Assembly (NCBI GenBank): GCA_001949185.1 | Contig: BDGG01000031.1 | Location: 1-13,935, forward strand | Source of the DNA: Ramazzottius varieornatus | Lineage: Eukaryota; Animalia; Tardigrada | DNA: 13,935 nt | Direction: 5' to 3' | Shown here: positions 1-9,100 of the stretch, one piece after another | How the letters are laid out: the number at the start of each line of letters is the position of its first letter | Position numbering within the stretch: the stretch's first letter is position 1 | Notes under the pieces: model-generated | The model's input: the letters and a program-made list of their open reading frames with translations, nothing else | Told to the model about the DNA's origin: nothing | Database searches by the model: none | Translations under genes and position numbers: made by a program

Positions 1-1
1 G

Positions 2-427
2 ATGGACGATGCGCCGAGAAAAAAACGACTGCAGAAGAACACCATGCTCAACCTTAAGGCTGGCGCACTGATCACGTCCGATGAGTTCGTGGAGACGGTG
101 GAGAAAATGCAAGCGGATTCCGCAGCCAAGAAAGCTGCGTTGAAGGCGGCGGATGCTGCTACAAAAGCAGCCTCTAAAGCAGCAGGAAAAGTAACAGCGA
201 GTGCTGCGGAGAAGGCGGCGAGAAAAGCGGAGAAAGCAGCTGAGAAAGTCGCAGAGAAAACGGCGAAGGCAGCAGAAAAAGCAGCTACGCAGGCTGCAAA
301 GGCAGTGGAGAAAGCTGCTGCGAAACTCGCTGCTCGGGATGCCAAATTGTCAAGAATACAAAAGCGAAAGACTGTCGATGATATACCACCACCGAAGAGA
401 GCAAGAAAAGAAACGTGCAAAGCGTAA
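2..427 (+). CDS. C-terminal part of a probable pogo/Tc5/Fot1-like DDE transposase (5' part outside the window), with a Lys/Ala-rich helical tail
   Basis: The frame is open from the window edge. KAGALITSDEFVE resembles the post-DDE 'xxlTsxE' motif of pogo-type transposases. It is followed by a charged K/A-rich helix and an NLS-like PPPKRARK. It lies about 350 bp upstream of a TIR matching the pogo element at the right edge. The catalytic domain is not visible. Confidence 0.55.
   Translation: MDDAPRKKRLQKNTMLNLKAGALITSDEFVETVEKMQADSAAKKAALKAADAATKAASKAAGKVTASAAEKAARKAEKAAEKVAEKTAKAAEKAATQAAKAVEKAAAKLAARDAKLSRIQKRKTVDDIPPPKRARKETCKA
134..334 (+). repeat. Six degenerate 11-aa (33-bp) coding repeats
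   Basis: AALKAADAATK / AASKAAGKVTAS / AAEKAARKAEK / AAEKVAEKTAK / AAEKAATQAAK / AVEKAAAKLAA, read directly from the ORF 2..427. Confidence 0.75.
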
Positions 428-773
428 CCGAAAGGGCTTCTGAGCTTAACTTTAATACGGCGGAATCCGCAGTTAGTACGAGATTTTTGCCACTTTTCTG
501 ACCAGTCCCAAATTTGCCTCTGACCGTTTTATATTGTGTGTAAGAGCAAGGTGCCTGTTCTAATTAGATAAGTGCGGAGTAAGTTACTCTGTTGGATGCG
601 GAGATAAAAGCTTTCCCAGTCGGTCAGAAGAACTGTGAAGTCTGTGATGGATGCACCAGCGAAAGTGATGCCGCATCTGAAATTGTCAATACCGGACCGC
701 GCCAAAACAATACCGCAGTTCTTTTGCGGTACCAAAAGCCAACTACATGTGCTGCCATCGCATACCGCAGAGT

Positions 774-828
774 GTGTCCACTCCGATGTCAAATTTTGGG
801 GTGTCCACTCCATTGCCGCCTCCTCGTA
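774..828 (+). mobile_element. Right (3') terminal inverted repeat of a pogo-family transposon, with TA target site at 827-828
   Basis: 774-830 is the reverse complement of 13219-13275 with 4 mismatches in 57 bp. It contains an internal direct repeat GTGTCCACTCC x2 and ends ...CTCCTCG|TA. The MITE at 5861-6005 has the same terminus. Confidence 0.8.
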
Positions 829-3200
829 TGACACTTATTGGACCAGCGGCCAAGCGGATCAGCTTTCCAGACAATACGGACGGTATCTCGGACGCCTGCT
901 TTGTAAGTCACGTACTTGTACAGCCTGTTGGGCAGAACTAATGGCAGTACACGCACCTGGCCTAAATGTGGGCATGGGACGAAATGGGACGAAACTGTGG
1001 GTGACGGAGCGAAAGCGGCGCTGCTAAGATTGATTTAATTGATTGGTCAACCTCAGCTGGCCCGCGCCGCCTTCGCTCTGCTGCCCACATTTATCCTGGG
1101 CGCGTGTACTTATATCCTTGGTCTGACATGAAATACGGTATCACGCGGTTTCTTCCTCGCAGACCATATGCTCTTTTTTGATTCCGTCGGGTACGTGCGG
1201 GTGGAGGACGATTTCGGCTACATAAGCTATATTCGCTTCCTCAACTACGGAAGTAACCTGGGGGACGCTGCAACTATCTTCTTGGTAAAAAATCGAAACA
1301 AGGGTTAACATGTGAATGTTCCTGTCCGTGAGTTGGTGATAAATAATTATCATGACTTTCGCAGCACAATACCATACATCAGCTTGCTGCGTCCGAGTAT
1401 TTTTTGGGCAATGCTTTCACCGACCAGGTTCATTCTGCTCTGAAGAGCGTATTTCGCTTCCTGAATTGGCACGTGGCAGTTGAGGTCAATTTATACCAGT
1501 TCGGCATATACAGCCGATATCAGGGACCTGCTTTTGACGTCTGCGCCGCCATTCCAACCGGCCAGCTACTTCCAGCTGAGCAGGACGTTCCGCTCCTGGT
1601 TAACGGTTATCAGAAACTGAAATACAAGAACGGAACCTACAAGCCCTACGAGTACAAGTACAAGTACGGACCCGTTTATCCTGATGGGTCGCCCCGACCA
1701 AAGGAGTTTCCGGTGATGGGACGAACTGACGACAACATGGCGTCCAGCGACAGCGCTTCTTTGGCATGGAATCAAGTCATCCCACAGCCACCCGCCAATC
1801 CCGATGCTTCGTCTTTGTCGCCACCGTTTTCAGCCAACGTTGGTAAGATGGTGGACAAACTGACCGGGATGAGCATAGATCAGCTAGCGGATGCGCTGGC
1901 GGCGTGGAACAGTATCAAGGCAGCTGCGGCTGCAGCGTCGGGCGTAGTCATCGACCAAGGAGCCAAAATCTTTGACAAACAAGCAGCCTATACGTATGCG
2001 CACTTTTCCCCCAACCAAGTCTTCCTACCAGGCTATGAAACTTTTGATCTTTTAGTTTTCTATTGTGGCATTGGGAGTACGCCGCTGGTAGTGTCAACAA
2101 ATACAACAGCCCCGAAGATATTTGGAAGAGCGAGAGGCTGGACTCGTACTTCGCATCTGATGCCACGTAAGCAGGGCGCATGCAGATATTTTTTAATTAA
2201 TTATTCCATGCTATAGTCCCCAGGCAGTCACTTTATGTTTTTCAGAGATCTCGACAATATAGTCAGTAAGTACCATAAATGGTGCTTCGTGCACTATTTT
2301 CTGACTTATTATTATCATTTTTCCCAAAGTATTCTGTGGTCCAGGTAATTTAACACTGTACTCATAGGTGGACTGACGCGAAGGAATGGCGCCGAAGCCG
2401 TTCGAATCATCGATAAAATTGCGCTCAATTTAGCGTCCATATCTCGAATGAAGGGCGAAGCTTGGTACACGATCTCCTACTTCACGGTAGGTAAATCGGT
2501 ACACGTGCCTGGCCTAAATGTGGGGATGGACAAAAATATGGGGAACGGAGCGAAAGCGANNNNNNNNNNNNNNNNNNNNNNNNNNNNNNNNNNNNNNNNN
2601 NNNNNNNNNTTTTGTCCTCCCATATTTAGGCCAAGCGCGTGTACCGCTCAAGCATTGACTGATTGTTCAGCGCTATGGCGTGTCCAAATTGTGTTGCTGT
2701 CAATCAATCTTTCTCCATTTCAGTTCACGACGGATACTTATATGGAAGCCGCCAACTTTTTCCTAGGAAACGCATTGAAAGACGAGGCATACTCTGCTTT
2801 GGAATCGCTATTCACCTTCATCAACTTCAAAACGTACCAGATTTACCACGGTTACAGTAACCGCTACCGCTTCCGTCCGTACGCCGACAACTGGGAGATG
2901 ATTGGTGTTGTGCCGACCACTTGCTCCACCGTCGATATTGACTACGATGGCCACGACGTCTGTTCGTACATGGATGACAACTACTTTCGATCAATGGGTC
3001 ACGGCAGACGCAGGTACGCATCGGAGAAGTACCGTCCAGAGTACGACGATTCCCGCTATCATGACGACCAGCGACGCGACCAGTACGACCGAAATCCTGT
3101 CCAAGATGGTTACAATGCAGATCGTGTGGCTCGACCGGTCAACTATGGCCCGCCTGACGACTTCCAGCATGATGAGCGCCCAGGGCTAGATGCGCGATAG
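827..3200 (+). CDS. Spliced, 5'-truncated gene encoding two tandem degenerate globin-fold-like domains plus a Tyr-rich linker and tail
   Basis: Exons 827-902, 1163-1284, 1365-1993, 2056-2166, 2246-2265, 2368-2486 and 2724-3200. All six introns are GT-AG with compatible phases (1,0,2,2,1,0), giving an uninterrupted 517-aa frame to TAG 3198-3200. Internal duplication: EYFLGNAFTDQVHSALKSVFRFLN vs NFFLGNALKDEAYSALESLFTFIN. Globin helix patterns: A-helix TGMSIDQLADALAAW, E-helix LDNIVSGL, GH/H LGNAFTDQVHSAL. Confidence 0.8.
948..1108. mobile_element. MITE family A, copy 1 (Tc1/mariner/pogo-type, TA TSD), in intron 903-1162
   Basis: TA|CACGCACCTGGCCTAAATGTGGGCA ... TGCCCACATTTATCCTGGGCGCGTG|TA. 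Imperfect TIR of about 25 bp. A second copy lies at 2500-2643. Confidence 0.85.
2500..2643. mobile_element. MITE family A, copy 2, in intron 2487-2723; contains an assembly gap
   Basis: TA|CACGTGCCTGGCCTAAATGTGGGG ... CCCATATTTAGGCCAAGCGCGTG|TA. Shares the internal ACGGAGCGAAAGCG with copy 1. Confidence 0.85.
2560..2609. other. Assembly gap (50 N)
   Basis: Run of N in the centre of the palindromic MITE. The true length is unknown. Confidence 0.99.
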
Positions 3201-3311
3201 GCGAGTCCAGCGCGCTGTTTCCTTAGCAACTAACTAATACCTGCCACAGTTAGCAAAATCCTGTTCGGGATTCGTTTATACTGTACTCAATTACGCCGCT
3301 CCCGTACCAAC

Positions 3312-4327
3312 CACTGCGTCACGTATTCATCTGTCCACCCCCATCTTTATTGAGAAAGTCATAACGTATTTCGTACTGATCCAATTTTGATAATTCAAAC
3401 CTCTTTGTGGAGAATAATGGTTAGTCTTCACGACCGCCTGACTTTTGTGTGCTAAAATCAACAAATCAACTAGTAACAGCGGCACGAGGAACTCCAAACC
3501 AACCTTGTTTTCGGCGCAGTGCTACTGAAGACAGCCATCTGCTGAGACGCTGCGCTTGTCATCGTGGCGTAGAGTCAAAATCGGGCTTTCGTACAAGCTC
3601 ATGCGAGAACTTTCTGGAGCTCTGCAGAGGAGGCTTCGTTGATGTGCTGATGTGGGCGTTTTGCCGCGCAAAACACGCTGGATCTTGCTGAACTGCGAGG
3701 TAAACGACGTGATTCGGGCATAGTGATTTTTCACTCGTAATTCGGGCATATTTATTCTCAGCTCTTGCTGCGCGTAATGAACTGCTTCTTGTTTCCTGAG
3801 GTAGACCAGCCCCTCTCCTCGAGGTTTCAATAGATTTGAGAACGACAAAGCGTTGTGGAGCACGGGAATTTGGCCTGGGAGAGGGATTTGTTGAAAAGGC
3901 CACCATTTTGAACGTAATTTAGCAGCAAGGAGGTCATACAGAAGACGGAAGCCCGTCGGAAGGAGTATTCACGATCGAAAATAACCGATAACATCTCTTG
4001 GTTGACACAATAACGAAACGTTTTCTACCGAGGTACGAAAATTCTTAAACGAGCTTTTTTGACAGTTCGATGTTGACTTTACGCTGCGTTGACAATCGCG
4101 TCTTCTCAACAGATGGCTGGCTTCCGCAGCACTGAGCCGAAAACAAGACTGCTTTTGGGCTTCGTCGGGTCGCTGTTACCTATATGATTTGTTGATTGGA
4201 GAGCTAGGAAGTCATGTGGTCGTAAAGAGCGAACGTCAGTCTCCACAAATTTGGTATCAAAATGGATAAGTATAACCTTTTCAATAAAACTGGGGCTGAA
4301 CAGATAAATATGAGGTACTGAGCAGTG
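3312..4327. mobile_element. ~1 kb foldback / long-TIR non-autonomous element (superfamily not assigned)
   Basis: Arms ~3324-3645 and ~4006-4310 are diverged reverse complements. The best block, 3504-3547 vs 4104-4147, matches 39/44. Possible CACTGC...GCAGTG termini. No clear TSD. Confidence 0.7.
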
Positions 4328-4799
4328 AGCACCTGCCGCATAACGGCCGATTGATTTCCTTGTGCGGTTCATGCCACAAGCGCGGTGTTAATTCAGTTCC
4401 TTGGTGTTTTTGCTATTTTGCTTGGCAGTTTTTCGCATACTGTACGTGAGACATGCAAACACATGGTCCAGCAACGTCGAAGTACGTGTAAATGTGAAGA
4501 ATAACGGTGACCTTATAACCACTTATTATTTATTAATGAACATAACGTGATAAGTAGAAGTGAGGGTATAGTTTTATTTGGACCGTCCTAACGCATTGAT
4601 AGGTGTCGTCGATGCAACTAGAAGTAGCTCACTGTGTGCGAGACCGAGGCGGAAGTGGTTACTACTCGTGCCGGAATGTTACACGGGAGAAGCTCACAGC
4701 CGGACATGGCGAATAGTCAAGGCGGAAATGCCATTAAGGAAGCCTACGAGGAAGTGCCTGGTGGTCTGAAAGTCTCCATACAGCGCACATCCATGCCTG

Positions 4800-5421
4800 G
4801 CAGATCTCAGTGTTGTGTCAGTTCTGAACTGAAAGGCTATAATGTCAGTGCTTTTACCAGTTCCTATTCCAGTTCCGAAACTGGAATGTAGGAACTGAAA
4901 CGTTTTTCGGGGAATTGAAATTAAAGGAACGGAAATTAAAGGAACTGAAATGGAAAACTTGGAAGGGGAGCTGGAACTCAATTTTTGGAAGGTCAGGCAC
5001 TGCGAATCTGAGTCCAGTTCGGATCTGAAATTACGAATCTGAATTCCAGTTCATGCCGCATTGATTAGAAGCCAGATTAAACGTACCCGTAGTACTGTTA
5101 CTTTGTTATCGAAAGTAGAAAGCCTTATACATTGGGGAAGCTCACATTTCCTCCCATACCTCGCCTGCTCGAGACCCTAAGACGGTAAATATGGCGGAAC
5201 TTTACTGGCTCTGTTTCAGGTCTTTCAATTTCAGTTCCCGTTCCGAAATTGGAACTGGTGAATAGGAACTGAATCCCTCCCGCAACAAGAACTGAAATCA
5301 AAAGAACTGAAATGGAAATCCGGAACTGGAATACAGAAAAGGAACTGAAGTTCGTACGGCTGAGGAACTGGAATAGGAACTGAAATCTCAGAACAGGAAC
5401 TGAAATAACACTGGCAGATCT
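4800..5421. mobile_element. Non-autonomous hAT element (606 bp, 4808-5413) with 8-bp TSD
   Basis: Perfect TSD GCAGATCT at 4800-4807 and 5414-5421. TIRs CAGTGTTGTGTCAGTTC / GAACTGAAATAACACTG. Many subterminal GGAACTG(A/G)AAT motifs in both orientations. An 8-bp TSD with a CAG terminus is typical of hAT. Confidence 0.9.
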
Positions 5422-5858
5422 ACAGGTTGATTCAAATTTTCTTCCACGGATTTTTGTAAATGTGTGGGAAATCGCTTTCTGACCCATCAAAGTCGCGTAT
5501 ACCTGGTCTGGTCTGGTCTGGCAACTGATACAAAGTTGAAGCACGAGAAAAACAGAATCACGGAGTCAGACGTTTTCCCTGACCCATACTGTAGACCATC
5601 GCACATGAGCTACAGTGGGCAGGTTACGATCCTATGCGCTCAGCTCGTCACGATCAGCTGATCGGTGAACCAAGGTAGTAATGTGGCAGTGTCATCCATC
5701 AACCGTGCACTACACAGTCGGATGGGCTGACGTAACGATCAGTCAGAATTCAAATTCGGCGAAAGGCAAACCTTCACACTGTCGCTCATGTGCCATGGCC
5801 AATGGGACAGGAAAACCTCTGCCACGAAGCATGCGTTCGTTACATCACGCCGATATTG

Positions 5859-6007
5859 TACGAGGAGCTGAACCAAACTTTACCCGCGGTTAAAACTTTA
5901 CCCATCTACGTCACGCATACGTCCCAAGCCCAAAGTGCCTGCGAATCGCTTGTGACGTATGTGGGTAAAGTTTCAACCGTGGGTAAAGTTAGGCTCAGCT
6001 CCTCGTA
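5859..6007. mobile_element. MITE family B (145 bp, 5861-6005), TA TSD, pogo-like ends
   Basis: TA|CGAGGAGCTGAACCAAACTTTACCCGCGGTTAAAACTTTACCC ... GGGTAAAGTTTCAACCGTGGGTAAAGTTAGGCTCAGCTCCTCG|TA. TIRs of about 50 bp, each with a doubled AACTTTACCC motif. Confidence 0.9.
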
Positions 6008-6135
6008 CCGTTCTTTGCAATCAGCTAACAGAGGCTCCAACAGTAAGTCCATAGCGGAAGGCGACTTCAGAGATTGTATGAGGTGCGTAATTTGTATCAT
6101 ACAGGGTTGAACGACTTACGTCTAAGGAGCAAGTG

Positions 6136-9100
6136 TTATCCATACAGAAGGTCTTCAGAAAAGGCGCCAGCGATACGAATATCTCGCTCAGATAACGAAG
6201 CAAACATTCTGTGAATTGACGGTCTACTGAACAAATATGGGCGAGGTGCAACCGTACGCAAAATGAACTGGCGAACTGCCGGTGAGGGTAACCTACGCTT
6301 CGGCGGTTGAGCCCTAAGACTAACATTACCTGATGATGAGCCACCGCGACTCTGGTTGCCCTGGTCGAAACACACGGCGATATGCTGTCCCAACGGACTC
6401 CTGGCTCCACCCGGCACTGCCCGGAGCTGTCGATCCTCTACAAGCTGCCGTAAGAAATTCGTGAAAGTTTGGTGCTCGGGTAAGGCAGCTGACTTGGCTG
6501 ACAACCGTCGCATTGACTTGTAGGCACACAAAGCCTGCTCGTTGGACCTCAGACTCGTGATAAAGTTCTGTAAGCACAACCGAATTTGAGCCTCCGTTCG
6601 CCTTTGAACTGAGATAGCCTTAGACGCAACAAACATACCTCGAAATCAGTCCAGCTGAAAAGTTGTTCCGAAAACAATCTGGAGAGCATCTTGGCTAAGG
6701 TCCTCTTGTCGTGCTGTACAGTCACCTCCAGACTGTCCATTTCTTCGAACAGCCGAATCAGACCTGCTTTCATCAGCATGGGCAAAGTATGACGGAAAAC
6801 TTCGCCAATCAGCATATCCATAAAAGACAAAACCTATCGAAACACCAAGTTCAATTCTCATCAGATAATCAATAACGAAACTCGCTGTCTTACATTCTCT
6901 GCTTCAACACGTTCGTCGAATAGTCGTTTTTGCCTTCGCACCGACTTCCCTTCCGCCGCTTCCCACGCATCTTTCCACGCAGTGCCAGCTTGGCTCATTC
7001 TCTCACTTAACCGACTGGTTCCACTTTCTTCTTCCCAGTCTCTCGGCGAATGCCACCTGACAAAGTCCTCAAAGACACACCCGGGGTTGGCCGCCTTGAA
7101 GGCCGACATATCACTGACCAGTGCCACACTCTGCAGTCTGATACGATTGGCCTTCCCTTCCGCCTCCTCCTCCGTCGCCACCAGCTTCTCCAGATGCTCC
7201 CTGGCTACATCTTCCGTCATTGGCGCCGGCTCCTGTGTTACCGGGATGAAGATACTCACTTCTGGATTGTGAAGAAGTCTCAACGTCGGATGGGCTTCTT
7301 TCCTTCCTTCTGGCTTCAGGACAGCTATATGCTGCAATAAAGACAACCTAAAGTTCACTCCAACAATATTATCGATTTTCTTATGGCTTTCGGCGATCTT
7401 ACAGTACTGTTTCGAGGTTTGTCCTCGTCATCGGTTTCGCAATCGAAGAACTCATCTTCGTCGTCCGTCATCACATCACTTTGCGTGTCCATGTACATCG
7501 AGCTACTGGACTGCATTCCTTGCGGACTCGCTTCGCCCGTCGAGCCCGAACCTGCTTGTCGCTTGATAATGCAGCATTTGAGCATCTGAAGCTTCTGATG
7601 AAGCAAGCAGGTTCCATGGTTCGGCATATCACCGTCCACCCCGGCAATGAGAAGGCCATTCTCCCACCGGTACCGAAGTTCCAGTATGACTTCCTGCCAT
7701 AGGTACGCGACAGCCAGGACACCGCCAAACCTCTCGTAGACGAAGAAAACCGCCAGAGCCAGCCGGAAAGCTAAGCTGTCACACGGCGCTGCTTTCGCCC
7801 CTTTGAAAATCTACAAACCGGAAGAGAGGCTATGAGAAAACAAAACCTGCATACAGTGCTCCCTACACTTGGTACGGTACTCGAGTACGTATGGTGCTTG
7901 CAAAATGGAAGAAAAACCTGTGTACACTTAGCTATACACATAGCGCAGTAAAATGTATGCAGGTTCTCGCAAACCCCAACGAAACCTGCATACAGCAAAC
8001 CCTACAGCTAGAACGGTGCTCGAGTATGCAAGTGCTCGCAAGTTAAACACCTACGTTGTCGGGAGGTTCGGTGAAAGTTAGGTAGCTTTTCCCCATTTCC
8101 TTGGCCAAGTCGCTATCAGGAAAGATGTATGCTAGTATATCGTTGAGGTTCTCCGCGTCGATGGGGACGGGAAGATGGTACTTGGGCAGTCGGCTGTAGA
8201 TGGCTTTAGAGAGGCGACTGCGAAGGTGGTCGCGTGGACTGGCTGCCGTTAGACGTTCCAACACCTCAGCTGCCTGTTCCTTCTCCTCTTTACGAAGCTG
8301 CTCTTTCTCCAGGTACTCCAGAAAGGAATGGATACTTTCGCGACGGTGAGTCTGTTTCGCAAACGTTTTTATAGTTTCGGCTGAAAAAAAGGGCGAGTAA
8401 TTCCATCGCAAAGTTTGCATAGGACGGAAAATTATAGAGAATATATAAGAAAATAATACCGATTTTATACGTCGCGTTTTCTTCGAAGACCAACTGAGCT
8501 GCCCATTTGGGGGCTTGTAGCGGTTCAAGATCTCTGTAAAGAAATCAATGAATAGATTTTTCCCACAGTTCTCACTTTCGTTTTCTATTGGTGTATTTTC
8601 TTACGAATGTAGAAGGGTGTCTTCAATGGCGTCGGCGTTAGCGTTCGGCCAAGAGGTGAACAGGTGAATCACACTATGAGGAAAAGGACAAGACCGCGCT
8701 GAGCATAGCGGAGAGAAGGGAAAGTCCAAGTACTTACAAGCTGTTGAATTCTTCCGGGCCGAAGGGAATACTGCCCAACTTGAGGGTCAACGAAGAGTCT
8801 TCGTTCTCTTCGGGTGTGTCTTCGAACTCAATTGTGTCAGGAAGAAGGTCGATCGTGAATTGGATGGAGGCTTTGATGAGCTGGGTGGAATCTTCGACAC
8901 CCTATAGGAAAATACGTCTTTTGTAACAATTCGCATCTCGGCAAGCAAATACGGCAGGATCGTTCTTTCACGTGGCGCACGTCTTCGGCCAATAACGCAG
9001 ACAAAGTGCGCCACTTTGACAAACTCGAAAACCTCGCTCTGGCCAATACTGAGAGCGTACGCCACTTCCAGAAACGATCTGGTCCAGCTTTTCTGCCGAG

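Noticed and set aside
2-427. Histone H1 or Dsup-like standalone gene
   Set aside because: The similarity is only compositional. There is no H1 globular domain, and the transposon context explains it better.
1994-2216. C-terminal part of ORF 1404..2216 as real protein
   Set aside because: It reads through intron 1994-2055. The spliced frame switches and restores homology with the duplicated domain.
2330-2344. Extra 15-nt microexon (AAG|TATTCTGTGGTCCAG|GT)
   Set aside because: It would leave a 23-nt downstream intron, which is too short, and it is not needed for frame or alignment.
2448-2723. N-terminal part of ORF 2448..3200 as an independent gene start
   Set aside because: It runs through an intron containing a MITE and the N gap. 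Only 2448-2486 and 2724-3200 are exonic.
3449-3906. Short ORFs in the foldback (3449..3691, 3522..3863, 3559..3906)
   Set aside because: No recognisable domain, non-ATG or overlapping frames, and partial overlap with the repeat arm.
4808-5413. CRISPR-like or coding repeat array (ORFs 4694..4981, 5125..5544)
   Set aside because: The motifs are short, irregularly spaced and in both orientations, and they are bounded by hAT TIRs and a TSD in a eukaryotic context.
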